NCBI GenBank assembly: GCA_905331295.1
Contig: CAJNYD010000256.1
Coordinates: 1-64,000, forward strand
Length of the DNA stretch: 64,000 bases
Reading direction: 5' to 3'
Source of the DNA: Rotaria socialis
Taxonomy: Eukaryota
Position numbers and translations under genes: made by a program. This document shows positions 1 to 12,331 of the stretch, one piece after another (position 1 is the first letter of the stretch; the number at the start of each line of letters is the position of its first letter). The notes below the pieces were generated by a model. The model saw nothing but the letters and a program-made list of their open reading frames with translations. It had not been told where the DNA came from and did not search any database.

Positions 1-349
1 TCCCTCCAAATCTATATTCCAGCCCCACCCAAGTCGAAGAACTTTGGTCGATGACCCCATATAAATTTAACATTATTCGATGAAGAATTTCATTCTGAAT
101 TCAACACAACCATTTCCAGAACCAACACAGCTAAAGCAGCAAATCCGGGCTGGAATTACTTCTACAAGATTTTCAGAAAAAGCAGTATTTCCAGGTAAGG
201 TGCCAGATTTTGATCGGCAACCCCCTTTAAAAATTACACCATTCGATTTAGCGCAAAATTCTGCATCCAACACAACGAAAATGAAATTCAACACAACCAT
301 ATAGGCGAAACCGGACTGGAAAAACTCGAATCTTGTGCTAACTCCCCTA
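1..349. mobile_element. Possible right end of a hAT-like element cut off by the window start
   Basis: Ends ...ACTCCCCTA at 349 (reverse complement TAGGGGAGT), the same TAGGGG terminus as the hAT MITEs at 629 and 2172. The left end and TSD are outside the window. Confidence 0.3.
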
Positions 350-628
350 ACGTTATTTTTAATACACGTGCATTCAAAGAGATTTATTTTGAAAAGAAAG
401 TAAAGTAGTATACATTTTAGTTAATTAATTTCATAGTACTTTACTTAAATTTTAGTCAAGCCTCCTTTTCTCTAAGATTGACTTTTTCTATAGGTTGCCG
501 AGAAATGTTTGATATTATTTTTCCAATCAAAAGCTCAGACATATACGTCACATATTCATGCGACCCATAAATCGCTCTGAAACCTTGTAGATTTTCGTTT
601 TGTGTAAAATTGATTCATGACCTGTAAT

Positions 629-795
629 TAGGGGTGGACCATTAACATTAATTTAATATTAATGTTAATGTTTCTCATTAACATTAATGAATTAAGTTTT
701 TATCAGAAAACATTAACCATTAAGATTAATGGCTAATGGAAGTCATTAATTAATGTCATTAATTAAGTTCCGTTAAAAAAAATAGTACACCCCTA
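629..795. mobile_element. hAT-type MITE
   Basis: TIRs TAGGGGTGGAC / GTACACCCCTA. Perfect 8-bp TSD CCTGTAAT at 621-628 and 796-803. Interior is built of CATTAA/TTAATG motifs. Confidence 0.9.
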
Positions 796-1379
796 CCTGT
801 AATTGTACCATAGAGATACTCCAAGGCTGATGAAATTGTGAAAAGGAGGATCCAATGACTCAGGGCAGCAGCGATACGATCATTTTAAATTCATCATACT
901 GTGAGAGTAAAACCGGAAATTCTCAATAGTAATTTCGGAGTATAGGCATTATTCGAGCCCGAATATAAATAACATTTTTGAAGAATCCTATGTTGAAATA
1001 GTAGAAGCAAAAGTTTAAATTGCATCCCAATTATGATTTATATAATTCGAATCTAGGTATCCATATAACTTCAGTTAAGAGATCTCCTCCCTACCCCCAC
1101 TCTCAGTCCTCACTCACACCGACGGTCGAGAAAAATGTAAAGTAAGTGCGCCCGAACACCGATGTTGGCATCTATTTCAGTCAATAACGGTTGCATCTAA
1201 GTCTGAGGTGAATATGTGGATGTGACTGAATTTAACTTAAGGCCAAACCGTCACCCACACCCTTATAATTGGGATAAAATTTATCGTTTGTCTTCCTACT
1301 GTAGCTACGTGACGCCTCAGTTTTTTATTTTCAAAGTGATGTTGTGCAGTTGAAGCTTCATTTATATTCGAACTCGAAT

Positions 1380-1583
1380 TAGGGATTTCATGAAATTTTG
1401 GCAATAATGGCAAATTAAAAAAATTGCCTAGGCCTTCTCGAGAGTACGGTCATAACAAATTGCATGAGATATTTCATTGTTTCAAAGCTGAACAATAAAT
1501 TACTACACTAAAATCTTTTATTGGTGTGCTTCAAAAAACGATTAGACAGTTTTAAAAGTTTGCCAATATTGCTGACGTTCCTA
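1380..1583. mobile_element. Old, degenerate hAT-like MITE
   Basis: Imperfect termini TAGGGATTTCA / TGACGTTCCTA, subterminal GGCAA/TTGCC motifs, and 8-bp flanks matching 5/8 (ACTCGAAT vs TGTCGAAA). Confidence 0.4.
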
Positions 1584-2171
1584 TGTCGAAATTCTTATTG
1601 TCGATTTTGCAGAGAATCATCGAAGCACATTAAGAAGTAGATATATCTGTAGATTAACTTCAAAAATATCTACATGCTATCTTAGTTTATGAATATAGGA
1701 ACTCTGGCCGCAAGCGTCATGATTTAGGGCTATTGAATTCAGATTTTTATTTTACGGTCTAAGCAAAATTGATCTAATGATTGTTTTATCATATTTACAT
1801 CATTTTTTATTGCACACTTTTCAATAAGCTCCATAGAATAAATTCTAAAAATTTTATGAAGGAAATATTTTAGTTAGTACAGTTTCAGTACACGTAGATG
1901 TGACACGCGCTAAGGTATAAATAAACAGAAGAAATATTTGTATGTTCTAAGTTGTTGGCGAAGATATTACTGAGAAAGATGTAATAGAATGGTCAAGATA
2001 TGATACAAAAAGCCTCTAGCACAATCCCTATCTCAAAGCTTATAGAAACTATAGGAGATGGTTGACTTTCATCGCTATATCCTTCAACACATTTCATTGT
2101 ATTTTTGAATGGCACATTGAAAGGACTGTACAGTGGGGTTTGAATTCAAATCTCTGCTTTGGTGTCTGTAG

Positions 2172-2521
2172 TAGGGGTGGTCATTTAGTATTACTTTACT
2201 AAATAAAGATAAATGATTCATTTATCTTTAGAAAATAAATGATTCATTTATCTTTAGAAAATAAATGATTCATTTATCTTTAGAAAATAAATGATTCATT
2301 TATCTTTAGAAAATAAATGATTCATTTATCTTTAGAAAATAAATGATAAATTGTTTTTTAATCATTTCCTATTATCTTCTAAAGAAAAATGATCCATCTA
2401 TGTTTAAGAAACTAAATTATAGATGGTTTTTCAATCATTTACGTTTATTTTCTAAAGATAAAGGATTCATTTATCTTTATCCTTTAGTATAAAGGAAAAT
2501 AAAGATAAAGGGTCACCCCTA
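2172..2521. mobile_element. hAT-type MITE carrying an internal tandem array
   Basis: TIRs TAGGGGTG / CACCCCTA. Perfect 8-bp TSD GTCTGTAG at 2164-2171 and 2522-2529. Confidence 0.9.
2209..2347. repeat. 26-bp tandem repeat (5 full copies plus a partial) with a palindromic core
   Basis: Unit ATAAATGATTCATTTATCTTTAGAAA; core ATAAATGA-T-TCATTTAT is an inverted repeat. Degenerate copies continue to ~2480. Confidence 0.95.
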
Positions 2522-2964
2522 GTCTGTAGCAACGTTCTTCGAGCGTATTTCATCATAATTGAAATGAATAAATGAATCGATAGAAACTTCTAAGTAGAAT
2601 ATATTCGATTTTGTACCAATAAGACTTATCACAAAGAATGCGTCATTTGACCATTCCGTGGGAATTTTTCGTGTAAAAGATGTAAAGCACCGTATTTGAG
2701 TAAATTCATTTTAAGTAAATGAGCAATAATGTTAGATTGTGGAAAATATTTATGATAACAGAAAGATGACTTAAGTAACAAACACAGTTGATCAACAGTT
2801 TAGTTGCGAATAAGAAGTTCTTCAGTAGAATACGCAAAGGTGTTTCATACTATTAATAGAATGCTTGATATAAAGTGGAAAATATTGATATCACTGATAA
2901 TTCTTTGAAAATAAATTATTCTTAGTATAATAAAAACTAAAAGAAATAATCTGCTATTTTAGAT

Positions 2965-3930
2965 ATGATGACTTTATTGGAAGACCTACCTAACGAATTG
3001 TTATTTGATGTTTTCGAGTATATTTCTGCTCGAGATTTATATTATAGCTTTTGGGCACTCAATAGGCGAATTAATTATATTGTTCGGTCACTCAAGAATC
3101 TTTCGCTTATTATTTATAAAAACGAACCATTGTTAATTCAAACATTTGCGGATAAAATCTTTCGTTTACAAGTTTCTAATCATTATGATATTATAGACAT
3201 AGATCACTTTCCTAATTTGCGTTCACTAAGCTTGTACAACGCAAGTGACAAACAATTGCAACAGATTCGATATGATTGTATGCCTAATCTCATGTATCTT
3301 TTTATTCCAATACCAAATATTACTGAATCATCAGCAAAACTAGCTCGTAACATATTTTCTAATCAACTACCTTCTCTTCGATATGCAGATTTAGGTATAA
3401 TAGATGTAAATTATATATCTTTGTCGTCTTGGTCACCTTCTCTTCGTGTGTTATGTATTAATTGTACTAAATCTATTGTAATACGTATGGTACTTCTGGT
3501 ATGTCCAAATCTTAAACGATTTCAAGTAAATCTAGTTAAGAATAATTCAAAAATAGCGACACAATTACCAACTAAAACACTTAATCATAATCTAAAAACG
3601 TTCATTCTCTTGGTTAGTTGTAGATCATTACCGTTAGAAAAAATTAATGATATTCTTCTTGATATTCCAAATGTAACGAGGATATATCTTCGATGGTGTT
3701 GCGATACCCTTTTTGTTGCTCTGGCACGAATGCTTTCAGAGCGGCTGAAATATTTAAGTCAATTTGGATGTAATATTATTGAATTTCCAAATGATATTGA
3801 ATATAATAATATTAAAAGTATTCGTGAAGTTCATTCAAGCTTTAATAATATCCAGTGTACGATTATACATCATGGCTATCGACTATTCACTGCTGATGGT
3901 TTTCATGAACAAGCCAATCTGTTTGGATAA
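2965..3930 (+). CDS. Intronless F-box-like / LRR-like protein (321 aa)
   Basis: N-terminal F-box pattern LEDLPNELLFDVFEYI..DLYYSFWALNRRIN, followed by LRR-like units (FPNLRSLSL, MPNLMYLFI, LPSLRYADL, SPSLRVLCI, CPNLKRFQV). Confidence 0.8.
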   Translation: MMTLLEDLPNELLFDVFEYISARDLYYSFWALNRRINYIVRSLKNLSLIIYKNEPLLIQTFADKIFRLQVSNHYDIIDIDHFPNLRSLSLYNASDKQLQQIRYDCMPNLMYLFIPIPNITESSAKLARNIFSNQLPSLRYADLGIIDVNYISLSSWSPSLRVLCINCTKSIVIRMVLLVCPNLKRFQVNLVKNNSKIATQLPTKTLNHNLKTFILLVSCRSLPLEKINDILLDIPNVTRIYLRWCCDTLFVALARMLSERLKYLSQFGCNIIEFPNDIEYNNIKSIREVHSSFNNIQCTIIHHGYRLFTADGFHEQANLFG

Positions 3931-5155
3931 TTTATGAGAGCAAGATATATTTTTTTAACCAAGGCAATAAATATAAGTCACCAACTCAAAAATTCTTAAT
4001 ATTCTGTTTGATGAATAGGCTGTCGAGAAGAAAAACAGAGTTTAAAGCCGTTTCATATCTCAAAAGATATCGATATAGAAATTTATTTGGGGTATGTGTA
4101 AATGTGATTGGGCTTTCTGTTGTCGGTATCATTTGATTTGTGCTTAAAAACTATACTAATTAGCAATATTAGTTAATCAATAGATCTGACCTGATCGCTA
4201 TTGATTTTGTTTGGTTGCCAAAAGACTTGACTGGTTTCATCTATAGAATAGGACATATTTTACGTTATTCACAATTATCTACTCATACTCAGATATGTAC
4301 CGCATGTTATTCTTCTACATTCAACCACATGTGAAACGCATGACATAAATATAGTAGCACATTCAATTCAAAATAATTCAATGATTTGCTTTTATTTCCA
4401 CAGTATTTATTTTTCATCTAACTTCTCATGTATATATCCGTCGTTCTAGCTCTATACCAATAGAACAATACCTTACAGCAACGGCAACAGAACGATTTCA
4501 ATCTAGAGGAGGCTCCAAATGTTTTTCAGAGGATGAGGATGATAAGAGGTGAAATTGAAAACAAAAAAGATCTGGTACTAATAGGTGGTCTGTTTCTACA
4601 ACTTGTTTTTCAAATTAAATGAGCCTCCATAAGCCTAATGGGTCCGCCGTCTATGCCTTACAGGTCAATATCTTCTGAAATCAAACCAATACAAATTCGA
4701 CTCATGTTCACTCCAATGATAATAGCGAGAAGAAAATGAACCGTATGCGATTTGAATCTACAGTACAACGTGATTCAGTAGAAAAAGTAGTGTTACATCG
4801 ATATTGATGTACATTAGTAATGCTATTATGTCAATCAGACGTCTAAGTGTAAATAATTAATATACAATGGTTCTTATGAATAGAGAAAATCTCTCAGCAA
4901 TATGTTAATACTTCCATACATATTAATTTCCTTTCATAGGCTTAATGCTTTTATTGAAAATTAAGTGGTATATTAAGAATGTACGTTTCAAAATTGCACT
5001 GCAACTTTCTCAATGTTTCAGAGAGATTTCATCATCCAATCGAAAGCATTGCATTGTCAGTACACAACGTAAATCGTAAGGTACTGGAGATGGATATAAG
5101 CATTGCAATCAATCGATGTTTGTTTTAGCATAAGAAATCAGTCACATTATAGCCA

Positions 5156-8100
5156 CAACAACTAATATGAATGGAAGTGAAGATGTAACAAAAATGTTGG
5201 TATCGCTGAACAAAAATATCTTAGATATGAAGGAGAATACACATCGTATTGCTGAAAAATTAGATCGTATTAACGATAAGGTCAATCAATCTGCTCTGGA
5301 TACGGAACTTCATCAAGAAACACTGGAGAAATGATTACCTATGTGCGTATCAATCGTTTGTGACTTTATTTGGCCCGTGATGGCTCACAATTACAAACGC
5401 TATTAAGTAACGTGGATTTGTTATTGCGTGATCTAAAATCGGAGTATTCAGCTCGACGTAAACGCAGTACATCTCCATCATCACAGCTCTCGCCATCTCA
5501 ACAACCTTCAAAATCGCCTAACATCACTACGAACAATGAACTTAATCAAAATATGAGCAAATAGATGAGTATCATATTTTCAAATTTAAGAGTAGACGCA
5601 AATTCTTTTTCTCCTTTTCAAACAGCTAATTCTATAGAGACTACGATGAAACAGTTTTGTCAATAATGGAGTTCCCAAGAAAAAGAGAAAAAACTAGTGG
5701 AAAAATCCTTGCAGAATGGTTTACATCAGGTACTCTAGAAAATATTCTCTTACAATGGGAAAATATTTCACCTAAAGAAATTCAAAGAGAACAAACTCCA
5801 TTAAATATCCTCTGTTATAACGTGCAAGGATGGGAGTTCAGATGCCTTAAGGTAATTGATATTGTTTATAAAGTAGAGGCCTCTATTTGTGTTTTTATTG
5901 AAGTCGGAGAGCTGTGGAATACATCTCGAGTGACTCATTTCAATATTTTTCATCGACATGGTACAAATAAAAGCGGAGGAGTATATGTAGCAATAGGAAA
6001 ACATTTAAAAAGTACGAGAATATAAATTAATGTTGAAAATACTGTTATTATTGATATTAATCATTTCTCTGAAACAATAAGAGTAATCGCTTTTTACTGG
6101 TCAGCAGGTCAGATCATGATGTTAGAAGATTTAGAACCATATATCATTGAAAACATAATTATCCCTGGTGATTTTAATGCATCCATAAAAGAATGGGGTA
6201 GTGAGTCATCAGATAAAAGAGGTAGAAACTTGAAGGAATGGGTGGAAAAAATAATCTTTGCTACATTCCATCGACACTGCACTCTTCAAAACGTCAGAAT
6301 AGAAACATTGATCTATCATTTACAAATATAGATGAGGTAAGAGGAGAGACCCTGACAATGGGTACCAGTGATCACTGGCCACTGTTGATAACATGTGAGA
6401 ATGTGGGTTTTGATAAGAATAAAATCTTCCCACATGTGAATTGGAAGGCGTATGAAGCCATTCTTACGCTGTTACAGGAGTTTTGGATAAATGAGAAAAA
6501 TAGAGGCATGCAAGCTGATGAGTGGTATATGAATTATGTACGTTTTCTTGCTGCTCTAAAAGTCAGACGTACACAATGGAAAGAAAAAGAAAAATTGTGT
6601 CCATCACTACCGCCTTATTTTATTCAGAAACTGAAAAAAGTAAAAAGAATAAAAAATAAATATTATCTTGAGAAAACAATATTTAACATGAATGAAGAGA
6701 CAAGAGTGCTATTACGTGTGTTGTCACGTGACGTAAAGATAGAAATTGCAAAATATAAATCGAGTAAATGGCAGGAGTTTCTGTCTAAAATTCAAGAAAC
6801 GCATGACAACACAGATAGAGCTTTTGATTATATCTCTCTCGGATATATAAACATAAATCACTACCCTTTTCGAAATTAGATACCGGTAAAACAGTATTGA
6901 CAAAAGAAAACGAAATTAGTGATGACCTCTATCGTTATTATTCGGAACAGTTTAAAGCACAAAATGCGGATATGTCCGATGCCCATGAAAATCAAATTGA
7001 AACAGAGTATCTAGAATTGATTAATAAACTTTCGATATTAAATGAAAAGATTGAAAAGGCGAATTTTACAAAAATAAAAAAGCACATTTTAAAGTTGAAA
7101 CAGAAAAAATCATCTGGTTTCGATGCAGTGTCTAACTTTATAATCATAAGAATTCCACCTGGTTATATTAGTTGTTTAGTAAATTGTTTTAATACTTGGC
7201 TAAATGAACGCAGATATCCCGATATGTGGAAGTTAACTAAAGTAGTTACACTGAATAAATTAAAAGCAGTAATACCTCGTTGCGATCAGACTCGGTCAAT
7301 TTTACTTTTAGCAACACATTCAAAATTATTTGAAAGAATTATGCTAGAAAGACTGAGATACTGGGCAGAAAGTAATAGACTAGGGCCAGCTGAGAAGTCG
7401 GGATTTCGTTCAGGTTATTTATTCCAGACGAGAGTCCTATCTATATTTCAAGAGGTTAAAAACAATATGACTGCAAATATTCCAACACCAGCAGTCTACG
7501 TTGACTATCAAAAGGCATACGATAAAGTATGGCATAAAGGTCTTGTTGTTAAACGAAATAGAATGACTATACCCTTAGGACTATTGAAGTTAATTATTTC
7601 GTGGTTAAATAATCGCCGAGTGTATGTTAAATTTGGAGAGAATAAATCGAAAATATTTTACACTCACATTTGTTTGCCTCAAGGCAGCAGTTCAAGTTCC
7701 TATCTTTTCATTGCCTATCATAGTGATCTTGTTACATGTTTAGGTGCTTTTTCAAGCCATATTTTTGCTGACGATCTCAACGTAATAATATCCCCACCTA
7801 TATATCGATGAGTTAAGTCGATGATTAAGTTTTTAGAAGAAGAACAAACAAAAATATGTAATAAAATAGCGTATTACTTCAAGAAATGGAAACAACCAGT
7901 TAATTTCTCAAAAACAGTAGTTCAGGTTTTTCACTCTCGAGTACAAAATCCAATAGTTGAAATCTATATGGAAGGTAAAAAACTAGAAGTAGTTAAAGAA
8001 TTTAAATATCTTGGTCTTACTTCGGCAAATAAGATGTCTTTGAAACCAACAATAGGCAAAGCACTTGAAAACATTCAAAGAACGTTTAGTAAATTAAGAT

Positions 8101-8854
8101 GGATGCAAGGTGGTAAAACTCTCTCAAAAGATGTCTTACGAAGATGTTTCTTTGCTTTCAGTTTCCTATATTTTGCCTAGATATTTCCTTTCTGTCCCTT
8201 TCTGTCCAAAATTGAAAAAGAATTACTCCTAAGGAAATTTAGATACGGATTAAGACTAATTCATCGCTGTCCCTTTGCTCGAACAACAGATCTTCTTCAA
8301 ATAACAAATGAAGAGCCATTAGAAGGATGTGTGAAAAGAAAAGATATATAAAAAACGATTAGAACGAATTGAAAAATCAAATTTAAGTCTTTCACCCTTC
8401 TACAATGATGTATTCTATTGGAATACATTTCATAAAAATAAAAATGATCATGTGGGACACTTTTTTCGAATGAAACGAGTTGGACTTATGTGTGAAAGAC
8501 ATCAATCACTGCTTCTTCAATGGCTTAAGTTTTTATGTGTATGAAGTTCTGCCACGTGTTTAATTGATATGTTACTCACATCATTCTTTAAATCGTTACT
8601 CCTCCCTTTTCTCTTTTATTTCTCCTTTTCGTATTATTACTAGCTTTTCTCTTCTTTCGTTGTCCTTCTTTTTCATTTTTCACTTTTCCCTGTTTTTGCA
8701 TTTTATCTACAAAACATGGCTTATTATAATTTAATGGTGTTTCTTGTAGGCTGATATCGCGCATGGTTGTGTAATCGAACAGCTGTGAATGCATAGACCA
8801 TTATTTGTAAGCACTTCCGAGCGTAACAATAAAGAAAGTGAAATAAAAAACAAA
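5156..8854 (+). mobile_element. 5'-truncated, decayed non-LTR retrotransposon (APE endonuclease + RT; jockey/I-group-like)
   Basis: Flanked by a 12-bp TSD with one mismatch (ACATTATAGCCA 5144-5155, ACATTATAGTCA 8855-8866). AATAAA and an A-rich tail at 8828-8854. Coiled-coil-like ORF1 remnant at ~5167-5564. Confidence 0.9.
5657..8544 (+). pseudogene. LINE ORF2 (APE-RT) broken by stops and frameshifts
   Basis: APE motifs NILCYNVQG, IEVGE, GGVYVAI, GDFNA, NIDLSF, SDHWPL. RT motifs KKSSGFD, SKLFERI, SGFR, VDYQKAYDKVWH, LPQGS, FADD, KYLGL. Split over at least five ORFs; ends WLKFLCV* at 8544. Confidence 0.93.
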
Positions 8855-10675
8855 ACATTATAGTCATACAATCAGATGGCTGTACACTGACGACAAGAGA
8901 AGAAAAAGTGAAGTGTTGAGATTGAATGCATTAACACTAGATTATGTTCAGCTAAGCATCTACATAAAATGATATATTACTGACTATCCTCATCTATGTA
9001 GTTACTTTTTTGCTTTTTTTTGAGACCACATATATCAACGGTATCTCATTCGAGTATCCAGAAATCAAGGCACAAGCGTTAATATATGCAATTCGTGAGA
9101 GGCAAATCACGACAATTTCGATGACGACTAAAAATCTATCTTAAAAGCTGTTTGATACGAAACAATAAATTTGTTTCCTGATGGGATCTAATTCTGATAT
9201 AACTATTAAAGGAAATAAAATGCATGTGAAGCTATGTCGCATGAAAATTCGCGTTTTTATTTACATTATTCTTAATAGAAAGGGTAGAACAAATAACGTC
9301 TTCTTGGGATAATTATTGTACTTTTGAATTTTACAATTGTTTTATCTGTTATAAACGATGAGACTAACAGAGCGTATCTGTATGCAATATGCAGGCAACA
9401 ACAATTTGTAAAAAGTACTAAATTAGCTCAAAAAGAATTCTTCCTTCAGAGCATACAGAAAGCTGATGTGCCTTTCACGTTTTATTTCGTAACATCATAG
9501 AAGCTAGACAAAAGTATTGTTTTTTACATCGTAGTAAAAGAGACGAAAACTGATACATTTCGTATGCATAGTCTTTGCAACAATAACCAAGTATTTGTTA
9601 GAAACGAAATTAAGTAAATCGACGTCATCAGTGATTTGCATTAAAAACACATTTTTTTCCAGTAAGGTACAGCTAAAAGAAATGCTTTTTTTTCATGAAG
9701 CCTATAAATCCAATTGAAATAAGACCATCTAAGAGAACGAAGCATTTGCAGAACATTGATTAAATTCTGTATAGCTGTGTGCAGCATCTCCAAAATAACT
9801 TATTTTTTATTCTTACTGTAATAAGAGCTGATTAGTAGGCATCTCGAAACCTATTTTGACCGATGATTCTTCGGACGTAATGAAATAATTCTCTTACAAC
9901 ATACAAGAGACAAACGACAGCCATGATACTAAATATGGATCCATCATTGATCAATAAAAGTCTGTTTCAATATCTATCAGAAACTTAACTTGAAGTCACA
10001 TATTGTTTTAGGCCAAGAGAAATCACTGCCATTACATGTGATTCATGTTTCTACACATCAATCCTTCGGAACTAAAGTGAGCTATTCGTATAGTAGTCTG
10101 CTTTTATTCTAATAAACTATTCAATTTAGCATCCTCATCGATCAAATATTTTGGGAGTTAAAGCAAGAGTTAGTGATATTCATCATGTAATGGTGAAATC
10201 ACGACGTCATGTCCATCAGAATGGCAAGAAAACAGTCCACCAGCATAAAAATAATCATTCGGTCAGTCTTGTATTCAGTGTTATAAGTTGCAAGATCTGA
10301 TCATCAATGAAAAGCTATTTGATGTGCACCTAATCGATGGAAAAAATGCAATGGTGCTATACAGATTACCTCAGAACTATTAGCTTAGTTTTAAATCAAT
10401 AAGAAAATACTAAGCCTTTTTTTAATACGCAAAACAGAGTTTACTGGTACAAATCAATTAGATCTTTATTCTTTTTTGCGCTATATTATCTCATATATTT
10501 GTATACCAACGTAACACATGATAAGCAAAGCTAGAAAATCTTCTCTGTAATAATTACATATAGTTCATGAAAAACAGAAACGTTTGAAAATTAGTCTTGT
10601 ATGTTGCTCGTTGATAGTTTTAGTAATCGTGCGAACAGAAAATTAATATCTCTAAAATAAACTCACCGTGTGCGT

Positions 10676-11699
10676 CAGAGCATCAGCCAGACCACTAGGC
10701 CTGCCTGCCTGCCTGTGACAGGCCAGGTCGAACCCTCGTCCAGGCAGGCAGGCAGGCAGCTTAAAAACACCAGGCCGCCTGGCCTGTCTCTATTCTTTAT
10801 ATTTATAATTTTATTTTTGATATAAACTTTTTTAATTGAATCTGGCGCTAATAATCAGATGCAGTATAGAATAATGTTCTGTGTTCATTTGTGATTGATC
10901 CAAATGATGACTACTGTTCAGTTCAAATTGCATAGTTCGTTTTCTTTCTCCATTGACTCGTTGTGTTTTCATTTACCTGCTGGACTAGCTGTAACAAAAC
11001 GTCGTTCTTCTTTGGATCCTCAATTTTTAAATGATATTCTCTTTGTGAGATCCATTCAAAACATTGTTGAACAAAAACAAAACTTTTTTTCTTAATGTTA
11101 TACCATGCTGTCTCTGATGTATTTTTTTGTGTACTCAAAAAAAAAATGAGTACACCCTAGATTCGGCCAGTGTGTCCGTCCGGCCGTTAGCACGATAACT
11201 CTTGAAAGTCTCGTCCAATTGTCTTGAAATTTTGTACACAGAATGATCTTATCAATATCTCAGTCGAGTTCGAAGATGAGAAGGATCCGTCAAGAAATGG
11301 CTGAGCTATCGAAAAAATTGTCATTATTGACCAGACCATCCTTGAGGGGGAGTACAGGGATTTTTTCAAAAACAAAATTTTTTCTCAGAATTATTCAAAA
11401 CATATAAATCGACTCAGTTTTGCAGTACACAGCAATCGGATGCAAATCCGATGTTTCCTCATTTTTTGTATGAAAACTTCGCTAAGTAAAAGTTAATCTA
11501 GTCGTGTTAAATTAATTAAACTGGTTTTCTTCATTCTCAACATTAATTGCATGTTTCTATTCTATCCTCGTAATGGTATTAGCATTAAAAAAAATTGCCA
11601 GGCCAAGCAAATTAGTTGACAGGCACAGGCAGGCTTGAAATGCAAAGGCCTGTCACTGACCGGCCAGGCCTACAAAAACACGGCCTGGTTGATGCTCTG
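10676..11699 (+). mobile_element. Non-autonomous hAT deletion derivative
   Basis: TIRs CAGAGCATCAGCCAGACC / GGCCTGGTTGATGCTCTG (16/18 match). Perfect 8-bp TSD GTGTGCGT (10668-10675, 11700-11707). Subterminal GCCT/AGGC arrays. Retains a hAT dimerisation-domain tail AGLAVTKRRSSLDPQFLNDILFVRS (~10979-11053). Confidence 0.92.
11122..11467 (+). mobile_element. DINE-1/HINE-like (Helentron-associated) non-autonomous element nested in the hAT derivative
   Basis: T-runs at both ends. 5' subTIR GTGTACTC with nearby inverted GAGTACAC, then CTAGATTCG and a GTCC microsatellite. 3' subTIR AGTACAC (11424-11430) is followed by hairpin ATCGGAT-GCAA-ATCCGAT (11435-11452). Confidence 0.75.
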
Positions 11700-11948
11700 G
11701 TGTGCGTGAATAAAAAGAAAGAGAAACTGGGAATCGGTTAACCTATTGCTTGCAACAATCACAAAAAGAGACTTACTTTTATCTGATTCGGAAATGAAAA
11801 GGAAAAATCGATTTTTTTTCATTCACATAGCATGTATAAAACAAAAATAAAGAGGTTCACTATTTTTTTTATTTCGCTCATCTAAACGGAAACACAGATT
11901 TGACATAATTATTTTTCTAAAATTATTTCCTAAAAAAGTGGGGCTTCA

Positions 11949-12331
11949 CACTCAGCCTCCTCCCCCCTCCCCATATTAGAAGACCCCCCTGAAGAAAAAA
12001 TTTGTCCGACATAATAGAAAACTCCCTTTAATTAATTAATTTTTTGCTAATTACGAACTTTAATTAGCGTTTTTCCATCAAAATATGCCTGAGCCTTAGC
12101 ATTTTAAGCTGGAAATATTAACAGAATGCGTTCATAATTCTAATGACACCCTTAAAACTCTGAAAATACTCATGGAAATCCTGAAAAATCACCTTAGTTT
12201 TCTGGAAAACCTTTTAAATTAAATATTAGGAAAAAATGAGGTTCTTAATGCAAGACCCCCTGGAAAATGTTTACGCTGGAACATAATGGAAGGTCCGGGG
12301 TCTTTTATTGTGGGGTGGGGAGGGTTTAGTA
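11949..12331. mobile_element. Degenerate MITE with G/C-rich inverted ends
   Basis: Left CCTCCCCATATTAGAAGACCCC is the imperfect inverse of right GGGGTCTTTTATTGTGGGGTGGGGAGG. Boundaries are approximate and no TSD was resolved. Confidence 0.55.

Noticed and set aside
2209..2347. CRISPR-like palindromic repeat array
   Set aside because: Units are head-to-tail with no spacers, sit inside a MITE, and the context is eukaryotic with no cas genes.
8900..10670. Possible decayed exons downstream of the LINE
   Set aside because: Only short open stretches; no recognisable motif or consistent splice chain.
11187..11375. Homologous short ORFs at 11187-11375 (-) and 24502-24684 (+) as a small gene family
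   Set aside because: Both lie within copies of the HINE-like repeat; the similarity reflects the repeat.
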